Source: Auanema rhodensis (Eukaryota > Animalia > Nematoda). Taken from it: a stretch of 64,000 nt of DNA. A model generated the notes under the pieces. That model saw nothing but the letters and a program-made list of their open reading frames with translations, did not search any database and was not told the origin of the DNA. The stretch lies in the NCBI GenBank assembly GCA_964057225.1, contig OZ059898.1, positions 15,562,001-15,626,000 of the forward strand. The letters are read 5' to 3'. The position numbers and the translations under genes were made by a program. Shown in pieces: positions 40,001 to 50,900 of this stretch (positions are counted from its first letter, which is position 1; each line of letters begins with the position of its first letter).

Positions 40001-41486
40001 TTTTGTTGTATCCTTCGAGTAATGTTGGTTGTTGGGATAGTTTTAGTACAAGACTGGTGAGTCTTTTGAGTGCTAAAACTTTGTTGTCGGGGAGTAGATG
40101 GGCGTTGTCTTTCCATGGGAATGATACGTAGTAACCATCTTCTTTTTGTTGGATTGTTTCCTTGAATTGATCCAGAATTAGTTTGTCTCTGGCGGTTTTT
40201 TCCTCAGCTTCTGTTCCGGTGAATTCGCTTTGTTCTTCTACAAAGCTTTTGTTCCATATTGGAATTGAAATGGATAAGTCTTCCGATATTACTGAGTGAG
40301 CATTCAACGACTTCTGGTTTGTGGCTTGGCCGGTAATAAAGTCTCCGAACTGGGTGTGTACTACCATGTGTTCCTTGGATAATGGTTCGACTGAGATTAA
40401 TGCTTGCCACATGAGGTCAGATCCTATGAGGATTCTTGGAGTTATCTTCATATTTTTGTTCAGCTTGTAGCACGTGTTGGTCGGTTTAGAGAATCGGACG
40501 GTAGAAATAGGTCCTGTTAGGACTTTCTTAGTCCAAAGTTGTGCGAGGATGTGGGAATTGTGTCCTTTGAACATTGTTTCCACTTTGTTGAGTCTTTCGA
40601 TTGATGCTGTGTTACCAAATGTTTTGATTTTGACTCTTTTGGATTCCACTATTGGGAGTTCCAGTTCCTTAGATAGGTCCTCGTCGATAAATGAAGTGTC
40701 TGATCCACAGTCTAGTAGGGCTGGGATTGATATGATCCTGTCCTTATGAAGGAGCTCTATTTGTCCAATGGGTAACAATGCGCTGTGGTATTGGTTAGTT
40801 TTCGTTTGAGTTGAAAACTGTATAACGTGTTCCTCTTCGTCCTCGTCTTCCATGGGGAAGCTGTTCGTTAAGTTGACTTTTGTCGTTTTCTTTTTGAAGC
40901 AGAGAAGGTCAATATGTTTTCCTCCACAGTTCGAACATAAGCGCTTGCTTGGGCATGCTTCTGTTGCGTGAGATTTTCTGAGACAGTTTATGCATCTTTT
41001 GTCCTGATTCAGTATGGTCAGTCTCTCTTTCCTTGTCTTTGGAGTGTCACAGGTCCATGGGGCGTGTGGTTTTTGACAAAATATGCAGCTGTTCGAGGTT
41101 TGCTTACCGGAAGGTTTTTTGTTATCCGGTTTTGGACGGTTATTGGTGACAAAGTTTTGTCTGTTGTAGGATTGATGCATGGTTCTTGGAACCGGTTTCG
41201 TCTGCAGGTCCGATGAAATGTTTTTAACCTCTTGTTCATGTTGGAGGTATTTTTCGGTATTGTCCACTAGTTGTCTCCAGTTCATGTTCGAGTTGGATCC
41301 TGAGCGGTAGACTTCTTGCAGGATGTGTCCAGGCAGTTTTTGTTGAATAAGGACGATGGCAAGTGCATTGAGGGCAGCTTCATTGTTCCTTTCAGTTTGT
41401 CTTGCTATCCCATTAATTTTTCTCATAAGGAGCAATAAGTCCTTGTTGCTCGGAGATTGCGCTTTCAGTTGTATGAAATCGAGCAT
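34011..41486 (-). CDS. Gag-protease-RT-RNaseH-integrase-Env polyprotein (about 2491 aa from the first internal ATG)
   Basis: Three Cys/His knuckles (40899-41085); protease LLDCGSD (about 40700-40720); RT ADVQKAF and YVDN (about 39490); RNase H TCTDSS and NPADLATRG; integrase HHCC, GLDYFGP, TCDNA, GGFYERL; Cys-rich Gn-like region; Gc-like CTESCGGFGCGCFYPSSGCLFYR (about 35941-36010); TM segments. Confidence 0.95.
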   Translation of the reverse strand: MLDFIQLKAQSPSNKDLLLLMRKINGIARQTERNNEAALNALAIVLIQQKLPGHILQEVYRSGSNSNMNWRQLVDNTEKYLQHEQEVKNISSDLQTKPVPRTMHQSYNRQNFVTNNRPKPDNKKPSGKQTSNSCIFCQKPHAPWTCDTPKTRKERLTILNQDKRCINCLRKSHATEACPSKRLCSNCGGKHIDLLCFKKKTTKVNLTNSFPMEDEDEEEHVIQFSTQTKTNQYHSALLPIGQIELLHKDRIISIPALLDCGSDTSFIDEDLSKELELPIVESKRVKIKTFGNTASIERLNKVETMFKGHNSHILAQLWTKKVLTGPISTVRFSKPTNTCYKLNKNMKITPRILIGSDLMWQALISVEPLSKEHMVVHTQFGDFITGQATNQKSLNAHSVISEDLSISIPIWNKSFVEEQSEFTGTEAEEKTARDKLILDQFKETIQQKEDGYYVSFPWKDNAHLLPDNKVLALKRLTSLVLKLSQQPTLLEGYNKIIEEQLDLGIIEEAKDPYPNAYRIHYIAHQAVVTPQKETTKIRIVYDASGHYQNKPSLNDVIHQGPLILPSLIGMILRFRCGNTAMIADVQKAFLQIRLHESERDATRFFWLRDIHQPLSTDNTRTLRFCRVPFGINASPFLLGATIRHHLQKKSSESLLAHKIKDNLYVDNLLLASDSADQVRMWYSETKDIFQEMNMKLQEFISNDQIFNSNLTPEERNASTTPKILGLPWDTLSDQWIIQAQIPETKLTKRGVTQAIASIFDPMGMICPSLHPLRIFLQNLWTESFDWDTTLPMEIQTRWKQLCENFHINIRIPRPLPSDTNGQYHLVTCTDSSGNALGFCCYLIAASTRQLALIFAKSKLHSKNSTITIPKAEISALTIGVFNTLKIVKEIQDNIKILTATFLSDSEITLAWIRKKPDQKTTGVLVQNRIKEISNHIEELEDLDIKTSFGYIHTKDNPADLATRGCTTEELEDHFWWNPKAQLEKALNGPLFSLCDEEIRIHAATTETSDEEPWISDCSSWIEAQQKWISVHYPLTTTHTPSMYEEAETNLLHLHQNNLMVRLSAAQRNDLRPLLRNHLWYSRGRMNNAELEESAKLPIIILPKTKTARLLIEHVHGQLHKSTAHTMADIRQKYWIPQLRSQTQSVIRKCPDCQKMNNRPYIYPPSGDVPSRRIRKSRPFQHVGLDYFGPITTQDRNQKAWGCIYTCTVTRLIHLEVIEDLTTKSFLSCLRKIWARRGCPESITCDNASTFELGQKIANKLIVTATTNTSENQHRVKWYNITPYAPWQGGFYERLIRSVKNALYKTLHGTPSTEELSITLAECEATINTRPLTYIGSDTTRDEIIRPCDFIHKDIDLNIYIESEDEDSEYIDNPALQTQADTELALHSSRKRTNKFWELWSELYLKELRESHHHTISVKKAGTNTKPEIGQIVLINDSPIPRHKWPTGRITNIHPDSAGNIREVTLLSENGRELKRPVNLLHPMELSTDNIPQTLQKLETISPAVTQRQQNPRNLERKWYGETASILTLLTIFTIFLPTTMANPTISCNPKGVLIQGMNTDNQQVCSHNTCYNSSEGGLITLPLEDILSDYEVTWTFNHNSRLQYMTLNCPAVHFCSTVSCTFCSATLFNPSCWPWTSMLLFSFITYIITAICYGLLHSPWVIGKAIRLWTNFIYAICTSLFGQLYIRTNRFNKKTVIPLITLLLIHQSMACQELSMSTSQESSCNKETCKIQTGQSLTISPYTQEACLTFTNNQNKFSFLRIQWIKTTYFCEIRSLFFTRATSTHVKNSKRCARTGSCQENKCSTIQSDTMVHELELANQYPGSTHCTESCGGFGCGCFYPSSGCLFYRTYMKPIDKSVYEVFSCNEWIPSTQLHITYLNGTTTTSRNITLHSDIQTDVHPFKFSAISLTPPIIPRMQGQFIRNLTRLAIWNMKSTLTCSSHEKAKKLDCKANPQCECTPAEDSVNCHCENQNIQSVFNSVQTILPIFTPAYSIEQSQRNLEINIYRNMMAEIYVTVDGIFNVSSSHDDSTCLIHDSMVRGCYNCQNGAQANIICTSPMNALAATNCGDTAFMLQCSPKGTSNNIRLPITTASPWINCSYSCGHNIQYFSLTGILYYVSNIQDLQKHYIEGNHSSLHETAITFQWPDITHFYNIYLGWYKEIAICILIVMLALAVSYHIIAAYATKFTVSSAHVIIHLVKIILWLPIAVTSFFARQLFLLYKRKTHILLVFILTIMSIPTTRCSDIQGVIDRSNHRCQKYIRLPLEKRTECLKELTRTMDSTLKLLFSLEENKETPTGKVNDVAANALIAYIKLKDFLSTAKTSYVFNMEKEKLRIFGNEKRLTDLVRNIQKDHLSSIELKNMPYGFTKVQKERDPAPTTKSNIIVVEAMPELKRIDLTTRNIGEDLTTLTRIIMRSNNDDKGKDILDELRQIKDLLKQMVPKTIQPTLSKDTQTPPRKLRTKRTETDLPPAKQSRTSPSKDSTIEFQDIF

Positions 41487-41511
41487 CTTCGGCGCGGGCT
41501 GCTTCACTAGG

Positions 41512-41528
41512 CTCGGCCTGATGCACCA
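41512..41528 (-). promoter_or_regulatory. Primer-binding site, tRNA-Gly(GCC) type
   Basis: Minus strand TGGTGCATCAGGCCGAG directly abuts the 5' LTR. TGGTGCATC is complementary to the ...GATGCA-CCA 3' end of tRNA-Gly(GCC) (tRNA sequence from recall). Confidence 0.82.
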
Positions 41529-41977
41529 TGTTTTGCGCCGTCGTGTCCTTAGAAATGGGTGAGCGGAGCAGTGGCATAGTTGGTTCAGTGGTAGATTTTT
41601 GTAGTGCTCTTGATCGAAGAGAATATGGAGAGAATATTTATTATGCAACGGTAACAAGAATAAATTCTTTTACACTATTGACACATAAGAATTTGAGGAA
41701 TCCTCTCGGCTTATATACTAACGCGAGAGGTAAGATATAATGTTAACTTAGAGAATTCAGAGATACAAAAAGGGGGAGGAGAAGCAAGCGTTATCTCATG
41801 CTTATTCTGCGGAGATATGCGTGGGGGATGAGTAGCCTATGAGTCATGAGTAAAAAGAGCCTTAGGTTCAACTTACACGAATATTGATCAGTTAAAAGAG
41901 ATTTATAAAGAATTATGAAGTATTAGAAAAAGATAGAGTTTTTAAGGTTTTTTAGGAATATAGAGTGCTCAAGCACA
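41529..41977 (-). repeat. 5' LTR (449 bp)
   Basis: TG...CA termini, adjacent to the PBS. Minus-strand TATATAA at 41711-41717 lies inside the inverted repeat CCTCTCG...CGAGAGG. Confidence 0.96.
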
Positions 41978-44900
41978 AACTTTTTTGTGAACAAATCTTG
42001 GGATGGGGTCGAGATAAACTATTTTTCAGGAAAATAGAGAGTTTGTCGTCAATTTATATTAGAAAATTCAGAATCTACACATCTGAATACCCAACTTGTG
42101 ATTATTTTTATTTGATCATAGTTCACGATCTGGGAGTAAATCGAGCATTCACCGGGCACAACATGACTACAGCCTGAACTTTTTTGTGAACAAATCTTGG
42201 GATGGGGTGGAGATAAACTATTTTTCAGGAAAATAGAGAGGTCGTCGTCAATTGTTATTAGAAAATTCAGAATCTACACATCTGAATACCCAACTTGTGA
42301 TTATTTTTATTTGATCATAGTTCACGATCTGGGAGTAAATCGAGCATTCACCGGGCACAACATGACTACAGCCTGAACTTTTTTGTGAACAAATCTTGGG
42401 ATGGGGTGGAGATAAACTATTTTTCAGGAAAATAGAGAGGTCGTCGTCAATTGTTATTAGAAAATTCAGAATCTACACATCTGAATACCCAACTTGTGAT
42501 TATTTTTATTTGATCATAGTTCACGATCTGGGAGTAAATCGAGCATTCACCGGGCACAACATGACTACAGCCTGAACTTTTTTGTGAACAAATCTTGGGA
42601 TGGGGTCGAGATAAACTATTTTTCAGGAAAATAGAGAGGTCGTCGTCAATTGTTATTAGAAAATTCAGAATCTACACATCTGAATACCCAACTTGTGATT
42701 ATTTTTATTTGATCATAGTTCACGATCTGGGAGTAAATCGAGCATTCACCGGGCACAACGTGACTACAGCCTGAACTTTTTTGTGAACAAATCTTGGGAT
42801 GGGGTGGAGATAAACTATTTTTCAGGAAAATAGAGAGGTCGTCGTCAATTGTTATTAGAAAATTCAGAATCTACACATCTGAATACCCAACTTGTGATTA
42901 TTTTTATTTGATCATAGTTCACGATCTGGGAGTAAATCGAGCATTCACCGGGCACAACATGACTACAGCCTGAACTTTTTTGTGAACAAATCTTGGGATG
43001 GGGTTGAGATAAACTATTTTTTCGGAAAATAGACAGATCCTCGTCAATTGTTATTAGAAAATTCAGAATCTACACATCTGAATACCCAACTTGTGATTAT
43101 TTTTATTTGATCATAGTGTACGATCTGGGAGTAAATCGAGCATTCACCGGGCACAACATGACTACAGCCTGAACTTTTTTGTTAACAAATCTTGGGATGG
43201 GGTTGAGATAAACTATTTTTCAGGAAAATAGAGGGGTCCTCGTCAATTTATATTAGAAAATTCAGAATCTACACATCTGAATACCCAACTTGTGATTATT
43301 TTTATTTGATCATAGTGTACGATCTGGGAGTAAATCGAGCATTCACCGGGCACAACATGACTACAGCCTGAACTTTTTTGTGAACAAATCTTGGGATGGG
43401 GTCGAGATAAACTATTTTTCAGGAAAATAGAGAGGTCCTCGTCAATTTATATTAGAAAATTCAGAATCTACACATCTGAATACCCAACTTGTGATTATTT
43501 TTATTTGATCATAGTTCACGATCTGGGAGTAAATCGAACATTCACCGGGCACAACGTGACTACAGCCTGAACTTTTTTGTGAACAAATCTTGGGATGGGG
43601 TGGAGATAAACTATTTTTTCGGAAAATAGAGAGGTCCTCATTAATTTTTATTAGAAAATTCAGAATCTACACATCTGAATACCCAACTTGTGATTATTTT
43701 TATTTGATCATAGTTCACGATCTGGGAGTAAATCGAGCATTCACCGGGCACAACATGACTACAGCCTGAACTTTTTTGTGAACAAATCTTGGGATGGGGT
43801 GGAGATAAACTATTTTTCAGGAAAATAGAGAGGTCCTCGTCAATTTTTATTGGAAAATTCAGAATCTACACATCTGAATACCCAACTTGTGATTATTTTT
43901 ATTTGATCATAGTTCACGATCTGGGAGTAAATCGAACATTCACCGGGCACAACGTGACTACAGCCTGAACTTTTTTGTGAACAAATCTTGGGATGGGGTT
44001 GAGATAAACTATTTTTCAGGAAAATAGAGAGGTCCTTGTCAATTTATATTAGAAAATTCAGAATCTACACATCTGAATACCCAACTTGTGATTATTTTTA
44101 TTTGATCATAGTTCACGATCTGGGAGTAAATCGAACATTCACCGGGCACAACGTGACTACAGCCTGAACTTTTTTGTGAACAAATCTTGGGATGGGGTTG
44201 AGATAAACTATTTTTCAGGAAAATAGAGAGGTCCTTGTCAATTTATATTAGAAAATTCAGAATCTACACATCTGAATACCCAACTTGTGATTATTTTTAT
44301 TTGATCATAGTTCACGATCTGGGAGTAAATCGAACATTCACCGGGCACAACGTGACTACAGCCTGAACTTTTTTGTTAACAAATCTTGGGATGGGGTTGA
44401 GATAAACTATTTTTCAGGAAAATAGAGGGGTCCTCGTCAATTTATATTAGAAAATTCAGAATCTACACATCTGAATACCCAACTTGTGATTATTTTTATT
44501 TGATCATAGTTCACGATCTGGGAGTAAATCGAGCATTCACCGGGCACAACATGACTACAGCCTGAACTTTTTTGTGAACAAATCTTGGGATGGGGTTGAG
44601 ATAAACTATTTTTTCGGAAAATAGACAGGTCCTCGTCAATTGTTATTAGAAAATTCAGAATCTACACATCTGAATACCCAACTTGTGATTATTTTTATTT
44701 GATCATAGTGTACGATCTGGGAGTAAATCGAACATTCACCGGGCACAACATGACTACAGCCTGAACTTTTTTGTGAACAAATCTTGGGATGGGGTTGAGA
44801 TAAACTATTTTTTCGGAAAATAGACAGGTCCTCGTCAATTGTTATTAGAAAATTCAGAATCTACACATCTGAATACCCAACTTGTGATTATTTTTATTTG

Positions 44901-47900
44901 ATCATAGTGTACGATCTGGGAGTAAATCGAACATTCACCGGGCACAACATGACTACAGCCTGAACTTTTTTGTGAACAAATCTTGGGATGGGGTTGAGAT
45001 AAACTATTTTTCAGGAAAATAGAGAGGTCCTTGTCAATTTATATTAGAAAATTCAGAATCTACACATCTGAATACCCAACTTGTGATTATTTTTATTTGA
45101 TCATAGTTCACGATCTGGGAGTAAATCGAGCATTCACCGGGCACAACATGACTACAGCCTGAACTTTTTTGTGAACAAATCTTGGGATGGGGTTGAGATA
45201 AACTATTTTTCAGGAAAATAGAGAGGTCCTTGTCAATTTATATTAGAAAATTCAGAATCTACACATCTGAATACCCAACTTGTGATTATTTTTATTTGAT
45301 CATAGTTCACGATCTGGGAGTAAATCGAGCATTCACCGGGCACAACATGACTACAGCCTGAACTTTTTTGTGAACAAATCTTGGGATGGGGTTGAGATAA
45401 ACTATTTTTTCGGAAAATAGACAGGTCCTCGTCAATTGTTATTAGAAAATTCAGAATCTACACATCTGAATACCCAACTTGTGATTATTTTTATTTGATC
45501 ATAGTGTACGATCTGGGAGTAAATCGAACATTCACCGGGCACAACATGACTACAGCCTGAACTTTTTTGTTAACAAATCTTGGGATGGGGTTGAGATAAA
45601 CTATTTTTCAGGAAAATAGAGAGGTCCTTGTCAATTTATATTAGAAAATTCAGAATCTACACATCTGAATACCCAACTTGTGATTATTTTTATTTGATCA
45701 TAGTGTACGATCTGGGAGTAAATCGAACATTCACCGGGCACAACATGACTACAGCCTGAACTTTTTTGTGAACAAATCTTGGGATGGGGTTGAGATAAAC
45801 TATTTTTTCGGAAAATAGACAGGTCCTCGTCAATTGTTATTAGAAAATTCAGAATCTACACATCTGAATACCCAACTTGTGATTATTTTTATTTGATCAT
45901 AGTGTACGATCTGGGAGTAAATCGAACATTCACCGGGCACAACATGACTACAGCCTGAACTTTTTTGTGAACAAATCTTGGGATGGGGTTGAGATAAACT
46001 ATTTTTTCGGAAAATAGACAGGTCCTCGTCAATTGTTATTAGAAAATTCAGAATCTACACATCTGAATACCCAACTTGTGATTATTTTTATTTGATCATA
46101 GTGTACGATCTGGGAGTAAATCGAACATTCACCGGGCACAACATGACTACAGCCTGAACTTTTTTGTGAACAAATCTTGGGATGGGGTTGAGATAAACTA
46201 TTTTTTCGGAAAATAGACAGGTCCTCGTCAATTGTTATTAGAAAATTCAGAATCTACACATCTGAATACCCAACTTGTGATTATTTTTATTTGATCATAG
46301 TTCACGATCTGGGAGTAAATCGAGCATTCACCGGGCACAACATGACTACAGCCAGAACTTTTTTGTGAACAAATCTTGGGATGGGGTGGAGATAAACTAT
46401 TTTTCAGGAAAATAGAGAGGTCGTCGTCAATTTATATTAGAAAATTCAGAATCTACACATCTGAATACCCAACTTGTGATTATTTTTATTTGATCATAGT
46501 TCACGATCTGGGAGTAAATCGAGCATTCACCGGGCACAACATGACTACAGCCTGAACTTTTTTGTGAACAAATCTTGGGATGGGGTTGAGATAAACTATT
46601 TTTCAGGAAAATAGAGAGGTCCTCGTCAATTTTTATTAGAAAATTCAGAATCTACACATCTGAATACCCAACTTGTGATTATTTTTATTTGATCATAGTT
46701 CACGATCTGGGAGTAAATCGAGCATTCACCGGGCACAACATGACTACAGCCTGAACTTTTTTGTGAACAAATCTTGGGATGGGGTGGAGATAAACTATTT
46801 TTCAGGAAAATAGAGAGGTCCTCGTCAATTTTTATTAGAAAATTCAGAATCTACACATCTGAATACCCAACTTGTGATTATTTTTATTTGATCATAGTGT
46901 ACGATCTGGGAGTAAATCGAACATTCACCGGGCACAACATGACTACAGCCTGAACTTTTTTGTGAACAAATCTTGGGATGGGGTGGAGATAAACTATTTT
47001 TCAGGAAAATAGAGAGGTCCTCGTCAATTTTTATTGGAAAATTCAGAATCTACACATCTGAATACCCAACTTGAGATTAATTTTATTTGATCATAGTGTA
47101 CGATCTGGGAGTAAATCGAACATTCACCGGGCACAACATGACTACAGCCTGAACTTTTTTGTGAACAAATCTTGGGATGGGGTGGAGATAAACTATTTTT
47201 CAGGAAAATAGAGAGGTCCTCGTCAATTTTTATTGGAAAATTCAGAATCTACACATCTGAATACCCAACTTGAGATTAATTTTATTTGATCATAGTTCAC
47301 GATCTGGGAGTAAATCGAACATTCACCGGGCACAACATGACTACAGCCTGAACTTTTTTGTGAACAAATCTTGGGATGGGGTGGAGATAAACTATTTTTC
47401 AGGAAAATAGAGAGGTCCTCGTCAATTTTTATTGGAAAATTCAGAATCTACACATCTGAATACCCAACTTGTGATTATTTTTATTTGATCATAGTTCACG
47501 ATCTGGGAGTAAATCGAGCATTCACCGGGCACAACATGACTACAGCCTGAACTTTTTTGTGAACAAATCTTGGGATGGGGTTGAGATAAACTATTTTTTC
47601 GGAAAATAGACAGGTCCTTGTCAATTTATATTAGAAAATTCAGAATCTACACATCTGAATACCCAACTTGTGATTATTTTTATTTGATCATAGTTCACGA
47701 TCTGGGAGTAAATCGAACATTCACCGGGCACAACGTGACTACAGCCTGAACTTTTTTGTGAACAAATCTTGGGATGGGGTTGAGATAAACTATTTTTCAG
47801 GAAAATAGAGAGGTCCTTGTCAATTTATATTAGAAAATTCAGAATCTACACATCTGAATACCCAACTTGTGATTATTTTTATTTGATCATAGTTCACGAT

Positions 47901-50900
47901 CTGGGAGTAAATCGAACATTCACCGGGCACAACGTGACTACAGCCTGAACTTTTTTGTGAACAAATCTTGGGATGGGGTTGAGATAAACTATTTTTCAGG
48001 AAAATAGAGAGGTCCTTGTCAATTTATATTAGAAAATTCAGAATCTACACATCTGAATACCCAACTTGTGATTATTTTTATTTGATCATAGTTCACGATC
48101 TGGGAGTAAATCGAACATTCACCGGGCACAACGTGACTACAGCCTGAACTTTTTTGTGAACAAATCTTGGGATGGGGTTGAGATAAACTATTTTTCAGGA
48201 AAATAGAGAGGTCCTTGTCAATTTATATTAGAAAATTCAGAATCTACACATCTGAATACCCAACTTGTGATTATTTTTATTTGATCATAGTTCACGATCT
48301 GGGAGTAAATCGAACATTCACCGGGCACAACGTGACTACAGCCTGAACTTTTTTGTGAACAAATCTTGGGATGGGGTTGAGATAAACTATTTTTCAGGAA
48401 AATAGAGAGGTCCTTGTCAATTTATATTAGAAAATTCAGAATCTACACATCTGAATACCCAACTTGTGATTATTTTTATTTGATCATAGTTCACGATCTG
48501 GGAGTAAATCGAGCATTCACCGGGCACAACATGACTACAGCCTGAACTTTTTTGTGAACAAATCTTGGGATGGGGTTGAGATAAACTATTTTTTCGGAAA
48601 ATAGACAGGTCCTCGTCAATTGTTATTAGAAAATTCAGAATCTACACATCTGAATACCCAACTTGTGATTATTTTTATTTGATCATAGTGTACGATCTGG
48701 GAGTAAATCGAACATTCACCGGGCACAACATGACTACAGCCTGAACTTTTTTGTGAACAAATCTTGGGATGGGGTTGAGATAAACTATTTTTTCGGAAAA
48801 TAGACAGGTCCTCGTCAATTGTTATTAGAAAATTCAGAATCTACACATCTGAATACCCAACTTGTGATTATTTTTATTTGATCATAGTGTACGATCTGGG
48901 AGTAAATCGAACATTCACCGGGCACAACATGACTACAGCCTGAACTTTTTTGTGAACAAATCTTGGGATGGGGTTGAGATAAACTATTTTTCAGGAAAAT
49001 AGAGAGGTCCTTGTCAATTTATATTAGAAAATTCAGAATCTACACATCTGAATACCCAACTTGTGATTATTTTTATTTGATCATAGTTCACGATCTGGGA
49101 GTAAATCGAGCATTCACCGGGCACAACATGACTACAGCCTGAACTTTTTTGTGAACAAATCTTGGGATGGGGTTGAGATAAACTATTTTTCAGGAAAATA
49201 GAGAGGTCCTTGTCAATTTATATTAGAAAATTCAGAATCTACACATCTGAATACCCAACTTGTGATTATTTTTATTTGATCATAGTTCACGATCTGGGAG
49301 TAAATCGAGCATTCACCGGGCACAACATGACTACAGCCTGAACTTTTTTGTGAACAAATCTTGGGATGGGGTTGAGATAAACTATTTTTTCGGAAAATAG
49401 ACAGGTCCTCGTCAATTGTTATTAGAAAATTCAGAATCTACACATCTGAATACCCAACTTGTGATTATTTTTATTTGATCATAGTGTACGATCTGGGAGT
49501 AAATCGAACATTCACCGGGCACAACATGACTACAGCCTGAACTTTTTTGTTAACAAATCTTGGGATGGGGTTGAGATAAACTATTTTTCAGGAAAATAGA
49601 GAGGTCCTTGTCAATTTATATTAGAAAATTCAGAATCTACACATCTGAATACCCAACTTGTGATTATTTTTATTTGATCATAGTGTACGATCTGGGAGTA
49701 AATCGAACATTCACCGGGCACAACATGACTACAGCCTGAACTTTTTTGTGAACAAATCTTGGGATGGGGTTGAGATAAACTATTTTTTCGGAAAATAGAC
49801 AGGTCCTCGTCAATTGTTATTAGAAAATTCAGAATCTACACATCTGAATACCCAACTTGTGATTATTTTTATTTGATCATAGTGTACGATCTGGGAGTAA
49901 ATCGAACATTCACCGGGCACAACATGACTACAGCCTGAACTTTTTTGTGAACAAATCTTGGGATGGGGTTGAGATAAACTATTTTTTCGGAAAATAGACA
50001 GGTCCTCGTCAATTGTTATTAGAAAATTCAGAATCTACACATCTGAATACCCAACTTGTGATTATTTTTATTTGATCATAGTGTACGATCTGGGAGTAAA
50101 TCGAACATTCACCGGGCACAACATGACTACAGCCTGAACTTTTTTGTGAACAAATCTTGGGATGGGGTTGAGATAAACTATTTTTTCGGAAAATAGACAG
50201 GTCCTCGTCAATTGTTATTAGAAAATTCAGAATCTACACATCTGAATACCCAACTTGTGATTATTTTTATTTGATCATAGTTCACGATCTGGGAGTAAAT
50301 CGAGCATTCACCGGGCACAACATGACTACAGCCAGAACTTTTTTGTGAACAAATCTTGGGATGGGGTGGAGATAAACTATTTTTCAGGAAAATAGAGAGG
50401 TCGTCGTCAATTTATATTAGAAAATTCAGAATCTACACATCTGAATACCCAACTTGTGATTATTTTTATTTGATCATAGTTCACGATCTGGGAGTAAATC
50501 GAGCATTCACCGGGCACAACATGACTACAGCCTGAACTTTTTTGTGAACAAATCTTGGGATGGGGTTGAGATAAACTATTTTTCAGGAAAATAGAGAGGT
50601 CCTCGTCAATTTTTATTAGAAAATTCAGAATCTACACATCTGAATACCCAACTTGTGATTATTTTTATTTGATCATAGTTCACGATCTGGGAGTAAATCG
50701 AGCATTCACCGGGCACAACATGACTACAGCCTGAACTTTTTTGTGAACAAATCTTGGGATGGGGTGGAGATAAACTATTTTTCAGGAAAATAGAGAGGTC
50801 CTCGTCAATTTTTATTAGAAAATTCAGAATCTACACATCTGAATACCCAACTTGTGATTATTTTTATTTGATCATAGTGTACGATCTGGGAGTAAATCGA

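Larger units (their letters stand above)
33548..41977 (-). mobile_element. BEL/Pao (Belpaoviridae) LTR retrotransposon / endogenous virus with env, 8430 bp
   Basis: Two 449-bp TG...CA LTRs, 5-bp TSD AACTT (33543-33547, 41978-41982), PBS, and one uninterrupted polyprotein in PR-RT-RH-IN order. Confidence 0.97.

Noticed and set aside
41487-41657. ORF-track start of the polyprotein at 41657
   Set aside because: Non-ATG start inside the LTR, upstream of the PBS; the first ATG at 41486 is more plausible.
34153-41740. Small overlapping and antisense ORFs inside the retroelement
   Set aside because: Shadow frames of the long polyprotein or LTR with no recognisable motifs.
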